Shown in pieces: positions 1 through 9,563 of a stretch of DNA of 64,000 bases. Each line of letters begins with the position of its first letter. The first letter of the stretch is position 1. The notes beneath the pieces were generated by a model that made no database searches, was not told the DNA's origin, and worked only from the letters and a program-made list of their open reading frames with translations. The position numbers and the translations under genes are program-made. Where the stretch lies: positions 43,836-107,835 of the forward strand of contig JABWCQ010000004.1 in NCBI GenBank assembly GCA_013360195.1, given 5' to 3'. The stretch comes from a bacterium. GTDB taxonomy: Bacteria > Electryoneota > RPQS01.

Positions 1-1
1 A

Positions 2-235
2 TTCTATTATTCCAATTTCGATCTTGTTCCATCACTGACTGTGCATGATATTTCGCCGCAGGATACGACGGTATGGGTTGAGTGGGAGGATCGAGAGTTC
101 TTCCCGTCCGACAGCAACAACTTGATTTTCTACGGGTGGCGATTGTTTGTTGTTGATCAGAATGGAAATCGTGCCGGATCAACTTCAGGTACGTTTAATT
201 ATCGTGAGATCTGCACTGACCTGTGCGGTCAGTGA
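2..235 (+). CDS. Hypothetical protein, 3' part (5'-truncated by window edge)
   Basis: Frame open from base 2 (FYYSNFDLVPSLTVHDISPQDTT...) to TGA at 233-235; no family recognised. Confidence 0.55.
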   Translation, partial: FYYSNFDLVPSLTVHDISPQDTTVWVEWEDREFFPSDSNNLIFYGWRLFVVDQNGNRAGSTSGTFNYREICTDLCGQ

Positions 236-261
236 AGCACTTTTCGCAAAACAAACAACAC

Positions 262-1785
262 ATGGAAAGCTCTGCCAGAATTCCGGGTCCCGCCGGCATG
301 ACCACGCAGCCCGCGCTGCCGCGCGAGCAATTGCAGGCACTGTTTGACATATCCCAGGTTCTCAACGCCATCTGGGACATAGATTCGCTGCTGGAGCGGA
401 TTATGGATATAGCGATTCAGACGGTAAATGCGGAGCGGGGATTTCTTGTGTTGCGTGAAGACGGCAACGGAACCGGTCTTTCCGTGCGGACAGCACGCAA
501 CATTTCGCCTGAATCAGCGCTGTCCGTGTCCGAAATCAGCCGCTCCATCGTTATGGGGGCAATTGAATCGCAGCAAGGCGTGTTGACGATAGATGCGCAG
601 ACCGATCCGCGTTTCGCCGGTGCGGAATCGGTCATATTCAATCAGATTCGTGCAGTCATGGCGGTTCCGTTTCTTCTTCGCGGGAAGATAGTCGGAGCGA
701 TTTATCTTGACAGCCGCAAGCATCGTGAAGGATTCACGGATGAATTGCTGGCCTTTTTGAAGGCCTTTTCGAATCTGTGTGCTATCGCCATCGAGAATGC
801 GCGCTTGATGGGCAGCTTGCGGGATGAGAACTATCAACTGCGAAGTGAAGTCCAGAGAACGTACCAGTTCAAGGAGATCATCGGAAACAGCGCACGCATG
901 CAAGATGTTTTCGAACTTCTGAACAAGATAATTCATGCAGATATCAGTGTCCTGCTGGAAGGTGAGTCCGGCACCGGAAAGGAGTTGGTAGCACGGGCAT
1001 TGCACTATAATGGACCGCGGCGTGATAAGGCTTTCATTGCCCAGTTTTGCGGAAACCTGTCTGAAACACTGTTAGAGAGCGAACTCTTTGGCCACAAGCG
1101 CGGGGCCTTTACCGGCGCGGTTTCGGACAAGAAGGGTCTTTTGGAAATTGCGGACGGCGGGACGTTTTTTCTCGACGAAGTGTCGGACATTCCGTTGTCC
1201 ATTCAGGCCAAGCTTTTGCGTGTGCTGCAGGACGGTGAGTTCCGACGTGTAGGAGATACGGAAACCAGACGGGTTGATGTCAGGGTTATTTCTGCGACAA
1301 ACAAACCGCTTGGGAAGGAAGTGGAACGAGGCAGTTTTCGCGAAGACCTGTTCTACCGGTTGAACGTTATAACAATAAACATGCCACCTCTGCGCGAGCG
1401 TGACGGCGACCTTCCTCTTCTTGTCAGGCACTTCTTGAGCAAATACGCTGCAAAGAGCGGCACACAGGAAAAGAGGATTTCACCCGAAGCGATGCGGCTC
1501 TTGTCGAGCTACCATTGGCCGGGTAATGTTCGCGAACTGGAGAATGCGATAGAGCGTGCCATTGTTCTTGCGGGCGATCGCGACATCACACCGGATGAGT
1601 TGATCATTCCCAGAGTGCTGAAAACACCCGGCGGGTCCCGGTCATTACGCGAACACGAGCGTGATTACGTCATGCGAACGCTGGACGAGATGGGAGGCAA
1701 CAAGACGAAAACAGCGTCAGCGCTTGGGGTATCATTGCGATGGCTGCATTACAAGTTGGCAGAGTGGAAAGACGGAAGCAATTGA
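262..1785 (+). CDS. Sigma-54-dependent enhancer-binding protein (GAF + AAA+ + Fis-type HTH)
   Basis: N-terminal GAF-like region, Walker A GESGTGKE, ESELFGHKRGAFTGA, Walker B FFLDE, WPGNVRELEN, C-terminal GNKTKTASALGVS; ATG 262 chosen over the ORF-track start 223. Confidence 0.93.
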   Translation: MESSARIPGPAGMTTQPALPREQLQALFDISQVLNAIWDIDSLLERIMDIAIQTVNAERGFLVLREDGNGTGLSVRTARNISPESALSVSEISRSIVMGAIESQQGVLTIDAQTDPRFAGAESVIFNQIRAVMAVPFLLRGKIVGAIYLDSRKHREGFTDELLAFLKAFSNLCAIAIENARLMGSLRDENYQLRSEVQRTYQFKEIIGNSARMQDVFELLNKIIHADISVLLEGESGTGKELVARALHYNGPRRDKAFIAQFCGNLSETLLESELFGHKRGAFTGAVSDKKGLLEIADGGTFFLDEVSDIPLSIQAKLLRVLQDGEFRRVGDTETRRVDVRVISATNKPLGKEVERGSFREDLFYRLNVITINMPPLRERDGDLPLLVRHFLSKYAAKSGTQEKRISPEAMRLLSSYHWPGNVRELENAIERAIVLAGDRDITPDELIIPRVLKTPGGSRSLREHERDYVMRTLDEMGGNKTKTASALGVSLRWLHYKLAEWKDGSN

Positions 1786-1817
1786 CCGATACCGGGAAAT
1801 GCACCTTTACGTAATGT

Positions 1818-3434
1818 ATGAATGATGAGCGCGTAAGACTCGTTCGCGAAATTTCGCGGAGCGGCGTGGCCACGGTTTGGGAGGGTTGGGACAGCAGTCT
1901 CGACCGGAAAGTACTTGTCAAATCAATTCATCCGCAGTTCGCCCGTGACTCCGATCTGCGGATTCGTTTTGAGCGGGAAGCACGTGCGATTGCCCGTATT
2001 TCACACCCTAATGTAGTTCAGATTTACGATATTCAAGCGGGAGAGGACTCACTCTCTCTCATGCTTGAATTCGTTGACGGGATCACGCTCGGCAGTCTTC
2101 TCAAGAATCGTGGGATCCTGCCAATCGGTCTTGCCTTGCGCATCATAACGGAAATTCTGGCAGGTCTCGAACAGGCGCATGCACACGGCATTGTTCACCG
2201 AGACTTGAAGCCCGATAACATCCTGATTGCACAGAATGGCGTGGTGAAGATCACGGACTTCGGTCTCGCCAGCTTGCGTGACTTGCCGGCAGTGACTCAA
2301 GAGGGGATGGTCGTCGGCACACCTTCCTATATGTCGCCTGAGCAAGCGCTGGGAGGTGAAACGGGACCGCAGACAGACCTATTCACCTGCGGAGCCATGC
2401 TCTTTGAAATGTTGACAGGTCTGCGTCTGATTCAGGGAGAGAATCTCGGTGAGGCATTTCAGAATGTGATGAAGTACAGGCCGCCTGATCTGAATCTTTA
2501 TGCAGACGTGATTCCGATCAATGTGCGAATGATTCTCGAAGAGCTGATTGAACGTGATCCATCCGAACGGCCGCACAGCGCTTCGGTAGTTAGAAACGCG
2601 TTGCTGGCAGACCCTGTTATTCGCACATTTGACCTCGGTCAGGTTGCAGAATACTTGGGCAGCGAAGGCCGTGTGGAGCCGGTAGGCGTCCGAACCCCAT
2701 CGGGAGTGCTTTCGCGCAAACGAAGCCTAATCTGGTACGGAACTGCCGCCGTTCTATTGATTGCAACAGTTGTTGCCCTGATAACAACAAAACGTGACGC
2801 GCGTACATTCGTGACTGAAGAGGAAAGACCTGTGCCGGTGGACACTCTGCCGCATCAGCCCGCCGATACTGCACTCGATTCATCCATTGTGGATGAAGTT
2901 GTGCGCCCAATCGCTGACACCGTTCCGGTGCCGAAGACTCCTGAGAAGCGTGACTCACTTCCTGCAGCTCTGGGACAAGTAGAACCGGAGAAGCCAACGG
3001 GACCGGCTTTCGCAACAATAACAAGCACACCGTGGTCCCGTGTCTTCTACAACGACTCTCTGCTTGGAACGACTCCAATGCTTACACCTATTCAACTTCC
3101 TCAGGGAAAGGGAACACTGCTGTTTCTGAATGATCAGGTTAAGCTTCCGGTTTCGCGAACCATTGAGTTAGTGCCGGGTGACACGACTGAGATCGCAGTG
3201 AACTTGCAGGAATCTATCGCTCGCCTGAGAATTGCGTCGGTTAGGCCATGGGCAGACGTTTATGTAGACGGCGAATTGAAATTCCGAACCCCTTCAACGC
3301 AAATAGTATTTCTACCCTTGGGCAAACACGTTCTCGAACTAAGGCATCCGGAGTTTCCAACCTATACAAAGGAACTGATATTTGAGTCTGGGGATCCAGT
3401 TTATGAGGTGCGAGTTGATTTGACTCAAATGTAA
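1818..3434 (+). CDS. Membrane-anchored Hanks-type Ser/Thr protein kinase with C-terminal PEGA-like domains
   Basis: VLVK, HRDLKPDN, DFG, GTPSYMSPEQ; TM helix LIWYGTAAVLLIATVVALI; Pro-rich linker; STPWSRVF/LGTTP and PWADVYVDG PEGA-like repeats. Confidence 0.9.
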   Translation: MNDERVRLVREISRSGVATVWEGWDSSLDRKVLVKSIHPQFARDSDLRIRFEREARAIARISHPNVVQIYDIQAGEDSLSLMLEFVDGITLGSLLKNRGILPIGLALRIITEILAGLEQAHAHGIVHRDLKPDNILIAQNGVVKITDFGLASLRDLPAVTQEGMVVGTPSYMSPEQALGGETGPQTDLFTCGAMLFEMLTGLRLIQGENLGEAFQNVMKYRPPDLNLYADVIPINVRMILEELIERDPSERPHSASVVRNALLADPVIRTFDLGQVAEYLGSEGRVEPVGVRTPSGVLSRKRSLIWYGTAAVLLIATVVALITTKRDARTFVTEEERPVPVDTLPHQPADTALDSSIVDEVVRPIADTVPVPKTPEKRDSLPAALGQVEPEKPTGPAFATITSTPWSRVFYNDSLLGTTPMLTPIQLPQGKGTLLFLNDQVKLPVSRTIELVPGDTTEIAVNLQESIARLRIASVRPWADVYVDGELKFRTPSTQIVFLPLGKHVLELRHPEFPTYTKELIFESGDPVYEVRVDLTQM

Positions 3435-3587
3435 GTATTAGCTCCTCCTCACTTATAGACGCACTCTTTATTATATTGATTTTATTATACTTAGATATTT
3501 ACAAATTTGGGAACCTCGCGCTGGAATAGTGCGTATATTTCCATAATTGCTACAACTCCAATCGAAAAGCAACTCTCATTCTGATCC

Positions 3588-4520
3588 ATGATTGAACTTC
3601 AAAACTTGACCAAATCCTACGGTGGTGCAAAAGCCGTAGACGGGGTCTCGCTGAATGTGCCAAAGGGCCAGATTCTCGGTTTCCTTGGGCCAAATGGTGC
3701 AGGCAAGACCACGACAATGCGAATGATCACAGGCTACATGCCTCCGACTTCGGGAACGATAACGGTAGACGGCCTGACCATGGAAAAGGACTCGCTGGCA
3801 ATACGCGAGAAGATAGGCTATCTGCCGGAGATGGCTCCAGTCTATCAAGACATGAATGTTCTGGACTACTTGCACTACGTGTGCGCACTCCGCAAGATTG
3901 CCAAGGATAAGGAAAAGGGCCGCATAAAGGAAGTTGTGGATCGCTGTGGTCTGGTCGCGGTGCTTGGCAAGGACGTTGGTCAGCTCTCGAAGGGCTACCG
4001 CCAGCGCGTCGGACTTGCCCAGGCAATAATCCACGATCCGGAATATTTGATTCTCGACGAACCTACAGCCGGTCTGGACCCAAATCAGATTGTCGAGATC
4101 AGAGCACTCATTAAAGAACTTGGCCGCGAGAAGACAGTTATCTTGTCCACGCACATTCTGTCGGAAGTGCAGGCCACTTGCTCAAGAGTAATCATAATCA
4201 GCAGCGGAAAGCTTGTTGCTGATAATACTCCGGAAGGATTGCAAGCGGGATTACAGGGACGGACAGTGCTGATGTTGACTCTGAAGGGCTCCGCGGACGG
4301 CGCAATCGCAAAGTTGAAGAGTCTTCAGTCGGTGGACGAAGTTCGAAACGTCCAAACCTCAAAGCCTGGAGAATCAAAACTCCGTGTAGAGAGTGGTCCG
4401 GGATCCGACATGCGTGAAGAAGTATTCAAGCTTGCGGTTCGGGAAAACTGGACTTTACTAGAGATGATCCCCGAGACACAGAGTCTCGAAGAAGTCTTCC
4501 ACAAACTTACGGCGGCCTAA
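3588..4520 (+). CDS. ABC transporter ATP-binding protein, GldA-like
   Basis: GPNGAGKTT, LSKGYRQRVGLAQA, ILDEPTAGLDPNQI; context with GldF/GldG-like genes. Confidence 0.9.
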   Translation: MIELQNLTKSYGGAKAVDGVSLNVPKGQILGFLGPNGAGKTTTMRMITGYMPPTSGTITVDGLTMEKDSLAIREKIGYLPEMAPVYQDMNVLDYLHYVCALRKIAKDKEKGRIKEVVDRCGLVAVLGKDVGQLSKGYRQRVGLAQAIIHDPEYLILDEPTAGLDPNQIVEIRALIKELGREKTVILSTHILSEVQATCSRVIIISSGKLVADNTPEGLQAGLQGRTVLMLTLKGSADGAIAKLKSLQSVDEVRNVQTSKPGESKLRVESGPGSDMREEVFKLAVRENWTLLEMIPETQSLEEVFHKLTAA

Positions 4521-4522
4521 AC

Positions 4523-5233
4523 ATGCACAACATTACTGTCATCGCGCGCCGGGAGTTCAAGTCCTACTTTGATTCACCTGTTGCCTACATCGTTCTCACG
4601 TTTTTCTTGATTATCACCGGCTATTTCTTCACAAGCAATCTGTTCCTGGCGAATCAAGCGGATCTGCGAACTCTGTGGGGAATCGTACCGCTGTTGTTTG
4701 TGTTCTTCATACCTGCGCTTTCCATGAAACTGCTGGCGGAGGAGAAGAAAACCGGCACAATCGAGCTGTTATATACGTACCCGATTAAAGATTCCGAAAT
4801 AGTTGTCGGCAAGTATCTTGCTGCATTGGGACTAATCGGTGTATTGATTGCCTGCACGATCGTTTACGCATTTACAGTTGGCAGTCTGGGTGACATGGAT
4901 ACGGGACAGGCCGTCGCAGGCTATATCGGTCTGCTGCTCATGGCAGCCTCCTACCTTGCCATTGGTGTCTTTGCCTCGTCTGTGACAGACAATCAGATCG
5001 TCGCCTTCATTCTGGCCTTATTCATATCGTTCTTCTTTTTCATTGCCGACAAGATTCTGTTTTTCCTGCCGGGTGCTATCGCAGGGATTTTCGAGTATCT
5101 GGCAATCGAGTATCACTTTCAGAATGTCGCGCGCGGTGTCATAGACAGCCGAAATGTCCTGTATTTTGCATCAGTCATCTTCTTTGCTTTACTGATGGCA
5201 AGCCACGCACTTTCTCGCCGCCGGGGAGACTAA
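4523..5233 (+). CDS. ABC-2 type permease, GldF-like
   Basis: REFKSYFDSPVAY, EEKKTGTIELL, STDNQIVAF-type motifs (SVTDNQIVAF), GVIDSRNVLYF; about 6 TM helices. Confidence 0.88.
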   Translation: MHNITVIARREFKSYFDSPVAYIVLTFFLIITGYFFTSNLFLANQADLRTLWGIVPLLFVFFIPALSMKLLAEEKKTGTIELLYTYPIKDSEIVVGKYLAALGLIGVLIACTIVYAFTVGSLGDMDTGQAVAGYIGLLLMAASYLAIGVFASSVTDNQIVAFILALFISFFFFIADKILFFLPGAIAGIFEYLAIEYHFQNVARGVIDSRNVLYFASVIFFALLMASHALSRRRGD

Positions 5234-5236
5234 GAA

Positions 5237-6829
5237 ATGAGCACGAAAACCTGGTCAGTTTCAAATATTTCAACACTACTTGTGATCGCCGCGATTATCA
5301 TCGTGGTGAATCTAATCGGCCTGAAGCTGTTTGCCCGTGCGGACTTGACCGAGCAGTCAATTTACACGCTAAGTCAGGCGTCCCGCAACGTTGTCGGCGG
5401 ATTAACAGATCGTCTGACAGTAAAAGCGTATTTCACAAAGGACTTGCCCGCACCTTATAATGCGAATTCGAGGTATGTTCGCGACATTCTCGAGGACTAC
5501 CGAACATACGGCAATGGCAACTTCTACTATGAATTCGTGGACCCCGCCGACGAGGAGCAGCTTGAGCGCGAAGCGCAGAGCTATCGTGTTCAGCCCGCGC
5601 AAGTTAACGTCATGGAGAAGGATGCGCTTCAGCTGAAGAAAGTCTACATGGGTCTTGTGCTCATCTACGGTGACAAGCACGAGACTATTCCGTTGATACA
5701 GTCTGTGAATAACTTTGAGTACGAGATGACGTCCACGATCAAACGTCTCGTGTCCAAAGAGCTTCCGAAGATCGGTTTCCTGACCAATTACGGGACGCCC
5801 GATTTAGGACAGGATTTGCGGACTGTGGCTACGGCCTTGTCAAAGCATTATGAAGTCGTGCCGATAAACACGAAGTCAGGAGCGGAACTTGTCCCGGACG
5901 ATGTGCACGTCCTCTGCGTTGTGCAGCCGGAGGAACAGATTGATGACTGGACGAAGTTTGTAATTGACCAGTTCATCATGCGGGGAGGCAAAGTTGCCTG
6001 GTTTGTGAACAAGGTATCCGGTGATGCTTCGACGTCGCAGGCCACTCAGCTTCAACTCGACATTGACGACTGGACAAGGCGATATGGCTTTACCGTTGCG
6101 AACAATCTTGTTCTAGATGCAAACGGAGCCATGATCAATATCCAGCGACAGCAGGGAATCTTCATGATGACCAATTTGGTTCGCTATCCGGCATTCCCCG
6201 AGGTTGTGAATTTCAATCAGGATCATCCTGTCACGAAGGGGCTCAGCGCCGGTACTCTGTTCTTCCCAAGTTCAATTGACACTGTTCGACCCGGGGAAGG
6301 CAACGTGTCGATTACTTCGCTGATTCAATCCTCCGAATACACGATGGTGCAGGTTGGGCAGTTTGACATTAGTCCGGAAGCGCGGAGAGAGCGATCGCAA
6401 TTCACAGGCGGTCAGAAACTCTTCGCAGTGTCTTTAACTGGTACATTCCCGTCGTATTTCAAAGGCCGATCGGTACCTTTGCCGGCCGACAGCACGGCCG
6501 TAGCGCCGACGTTAAACATACTGACCGAAAGCAGTGACACCCGCATGATAGTTGTCGGTGATGGCAACCTGCTCCAAGGCCAATACATGCAGCAGGGCGG
6601 ACCAAATCTTGTGTTCTTCTTAAATTCAATTGACTGGCTGTCACAGGATACCGACTTGCTTGCGATACGATCCCGAGATGCTGCCGTACGTCCACTTAAC
6701 CCGAACATCACGGATGAGACGAAACAGCGCGTGAAACTTGCAAACTTGATAGGTCCGCCGGCACTTGTTCTGCTGTTGGGTGCGATGAGATGGCGTAATC
6801 GTCGGAAGCGCAAGGAGGTAACATTATGA
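5237..6829 (+). CDS. GldG-like ABC auxiliary periplasmic component
   Basis: N- and C-terminal TM helices, DLTEQSIYTLS, EFVDP, EYEMTSTI, DQFIMRGG, NSIDWL. Confidence 0.85.
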   Translation: MSTKTWSVSNISTLLVIAAIIIVVNLIGLKLFARADLTEQSIYTLSQASRNVVGGLTDRLTVKAYFTKDLPAPYNANSRYVRDILEDYRTYGNGNFYYEFVDPADEEQLEREAQSYRVQPAQVNVMEKDALQLKKVYMGLVLIYGDKHETIPLIQSVNNFEYEMTSTIKRLVSKELPKIGFLTNYGTPDLGQDLRTVATALSKHYEVVPINTKSGAELVPDDVHVLCVVQPEEQIDDWTKFVIDQFIMRGGKVAWFVNKVSGDASTSQATQLQLDIDDWTRRYGFTVANNLVLDANGAMINIQRQQGIFMMTNLVRYPAFPEVVNFNQDHPVTKGLSAGTLFFPSSIDTVRPGEGNVSITSLIQSSEYTMVQVGQFDISPEARRERSQFTGGQKLFAVSLTGTFPSYFKGRSVPLPADSTAVAPTLNILTESSDTRMIVVGDGNLLQGQYMQQGGPNLVFFLNSIDWLSQDTDLLAIRSRDAAVRPLNPNITDETKQRVKLANLIGPPALVLLLGAMRWRNRRKRKEVTL

Positions 6830-7740
6830 ACAAGACTGCAGTACTTGCCGCCGTACTTTTTGCCTTGATCGCGATTTACTGGGTCATGTCACAAAGCGAG
6901 CCGGTTGCGAAGACGGATATTCCGCTTGTTCAGGCCGACAGCGCCTCCATAACTTACATGAAGATCATTACTTCCACGGATACTACTGAACTTCGGAAGG
7001 AAGGAGATGGTTGGAAAGTGATGGGAGAGAAGGTCTTTCCGGCAAACACACAGAATGTCGGCCGCGCTCTGCAGCGTTTCTCGCAAATGTCTAAGAAAGC
7101 AATGGTAACTGATAAGCCCGACCGCTATCCGGAGTTTGAAGTTGATGCAGCAAAGGGTGTTTTGGTCAACTTCAGCGCGAATGGGAAGGAAAACTCCATC
7201 TTTCTTGGCAAGGCGGGACCGACGATGCAGACCAGCTATGCGCGAATTGAAGGTCAGAAGGAAGTCTGGGAAATCGGCGGCAATCATGCTTCGACATTTA
7301 AGCGGCAGCGGACGGACTGGCGCGACAAGACGATTACGGCCTTGCCGATGGACAGTATCCGAAAAGTTACCATTTCTTTGGACAATAGCCTGCTTGTTCT
7401 CGAAAGGCAGGATACAGTCTGGCACGCGACGGAGAACGGCGTTGAATTCCCGGCAGTCAAGCAGAATGTCGAACGAATTACCCGGATGCTGTCCCGCATG
7501 AATACAGTGGAATTCGCGGATACACTCACTGAGTCCACCTTCGCGAATCCCAAAGGCGTTGTGACAGCCGAGATGCTAGACGGTTCGGTAACGGAACTCA
7601 AGTTTATGCCCCGTGACGAGAAGCAGTACTTTGTCAGAAAGTCAGGTGCATTGTCAGATTTCGTGATTTACAATAGTACAGCAGATGTGCTGCTCAAGAA
7701 GAAGGAAGATTTGATTGAGAAAGCGAAGCCTGCAAGTTAA
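6826..7740 (+). CDS. DUF4340-like membrane-anchored protein
   Basis: N-terminal anchor, WRDKTI motif, duplicated domain; usual position after gldG; ATGA-type overlap (ATGA/TGA). Confidence 0.7.
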   Translation: MNKTAVLAAVLFALIAIYWVMSQSEPVAKTDIPLVQADSASITYMKIITSTDTTELRKEGDGWKVMGEKVFPANTQNVGRALQRFSQMSKKAMVTDKPDRYPEFEVDAAKGVLVNFSANGKENSIFLGKAGPTMQTSYARIEGQKEVWEIGGNHASTFKRQRTDWRDKTITALPMDSIRKVTISLDNSLLVLERQDTVWHATENGVEFPAVKQNVERITRMLSRMNTVEFADTLTESTFANPKGVVTAEMLDGSVTELKFMPRDEKQYFVRKSGALSDFVIYNSTADVLLKKKEDLIEKAKPAS

Positions 7741-7770
7741 GAAAGGCAGGATTGTGCCGCGACAACCGCG

Positions 7771-7804
7771 AGGCCTCCGGTTCACGCCGGAGGCTTTGTC
7801 TTGT
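7771..7804 (+). terminator. Probable intrinsic terminator
   Basis: aggcctccgg-ttcacg-ccggaggctt followed by tgtcttgt. Confidence 0.55.
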
Positions 7805-7820
7805 ATGGGGAGAGGTTAGA

Positions 7821-9563
7821 GTGAACTCACTTCGACATCTACTGCCGTATCTACGGCCATATCGTGAGAAGATTATTTGGGGAAGCATTGCTGCCGTATT
7901 TTCAACGGCAATCTCCGCCCTTGCTCCTTGGATCATGAAACTGGCCGTTGATGACCTGAATGGTGATGTTTCCTCGGTCAAGCTTGCAAAGTATGCCGGC
8001 TTGATTGTTGGAGTCTTTCTGGTCGGAGGCATTTTCAGATACTACATGAGAATGCTTTTGATTGGGATGTCCCGTTATGTGGAACAGGACCTACGAGCGG
8101 CGGTGTTTGCCCATCTTCAGGCGCAACCTGTACAATATTATACAAGGAACCGTACTGGCGATTTGATGGCGCGAATGACCAATGACTTGGACAGCGTCCG
8201 CAACGTCCTTGGACCGGGATTCATGTATCCGATTGACACGGCGCTGACAGCGATATTCTCACTCGTGCTGATGATCTTGATTTCACCGAAACTGACGCTT
8301 CTCACCCTGGCCATAACGCCGTTGGTAAGTTATTCGGTGTATAAATTGGGCAAAGTGACGCACAAGCTAACCACGGATATTCAGGAGCAGTACTCCAAAC
8401 TCTCCGATCAGGCGCAAGAAAACCTCTCGGGAGCACGAGTTGTTCGCGCGTTTTCGCAGGAAGATCAGGAACTCGCGAAATTTGATGTGCTCAATCGCGA
8501 GTATGTGAAGCGAAATCTTGCCATGACGAAGGTGCAGGCATTGTTCTTCCCGCTCATGGGTTTCTTCTTCGAAGTTGGTGCGGCGGTGATCCTGCTGATC
8601 GGAGGATGGGGAATAATCAGGAATGAAATGTCAGTCGGTGATTTTGTAGCCTTCGTCGGCTATCTTGGCATGCTTGCCTGGCCGATGATTGCGGTCGGTT
8701 GGGTTGCGAATATTCTTCAGCGCGGTGCGGCTTCGATGAAGAGAATCCAGGAACTTCTTGACACGAAGCCGGAGATTGTCAACCCGGCGGAACCTCAAGT
8801 TCCGGAAGAGCGGCGGGGTGAGATTCGCTTCGTGGATGTATCCTTCTCTTACGGCAGCAGAGAGCCCGTGCTGAAGAAAATATCCTTTGTAATTTCACCG
8901 GGCCAGACTGTCGCGTTCGTTGGTTCAACGGGCAGCGGCAAGTCAACTCTGATAAACTTGATACCAAGACTGCTCGACCCGACGTCAGGCATAGTACTGA
9001 TAGACGGCATTCCAACTACTGAGTGGGACATTGATGAACTTCGAAATTCGGCCGCCATGGTTCCGCAGGACGCTTTCTTGTTCTCCGAGACGGTTTACAA
9101 TAACCTGATCTTCGGCAAACCTGATGCCAGCCGCTCCGAAGCGTTGGAGGCCGCGAGGGTTTCGCGAATAGACAAGGATGTTGAGAATTTCGCGGGTGGG
9201 TATGAGACCTTGGTGGGTGAGCGCGGAGTGACACTTTCCGGTGGACAAAAGGGACGACTTGCATTGGCGAGGGCCCTCGTTCGCGACCCGATTATTTTGA
9301 TTCTGGACGATGCGCTTGCCGCAGTAGACACTCACACCGAGGAGGAGATACTTTCAGGACTGAAACAATTCATGCGCGACCGGACTTCTATCCTGATCTC
9401 ACACCGCGTGTCAACAGTGCGAGAGGCCGACTGCATTTTTGTTCTCGAGAATGGGGAGATTGTGGAACAGGGAACACATAACGAGCTTGTGAAGCTTGAT
9501 GGATACTACGCGGACATGGAGCGTCGCCAACGTCTAGAGGAAGAACTGGAGCACACAGAATGA
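7821..9563 (+). CDS. ABC exporter subunit A (TMD+NBD fusion; MdlA/YheI-like)
   Basis: RTGDLMARMTND, GSTGSGKST, LSGGQK, ILDDALAAVD (degenerate Walker B D-D); GTG start after ggagagg. Confidence 0.9.
   Translation: MNSLRHLLPYLRPYREKIIWGSIAAVFSTAISALAPWIMKLAVDDLNGDVSSVKLAKYAGLIVGVFLVGGIFRYYMRMLLIGMSRYVEQDLRAAVFAHLQAQPVQYYTRNRTGDLMARMTNDLDSVRNVLGPGFMYPIDTALTAIFSLVLMILISPKLTLLTLAITPLVSYSVYKLGKVTHKLTTDIQEQYSKLSDQAQENLSGARVVRAFSQEDQELAKFDVLNREYVKRNLAMTKVQALFFPLMGFFFEVGAAVILLIGGWGIIRNEMSVGDFVAFVGYLGMLAWPMIAVGWVANILQRGAASMKRIQELLDTKPEIVNPAEPQVPEERRGEIRFVDVSFSYGSREPVLKKISFVISPGQTVAFVGSTGSGKSTLINLIPRLLDPTSGIVLIDGIPTTEWDIDELRNSAAMVPQDAFLFSETVYNNLIFGKPDASRSEALEAARVSRIDKDVENFAGGYETLVGERGVTLSGGQKGRLALARALVRDPIILILDDALAAVDTHTEEEILSGLKQFMRDRTSILISHRVSTVREADCIFVLENGEIVEQGTHNELVKLDGYYADMERRQRLEEELEHTE

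Noticed and set aside
3588..7740. Gliding motility inferred from GldA/F/G-like genes
   Set aside because: This ABC module is widespread in non-gliding bacteria; gldK/L/M/N and sprB are not in the window
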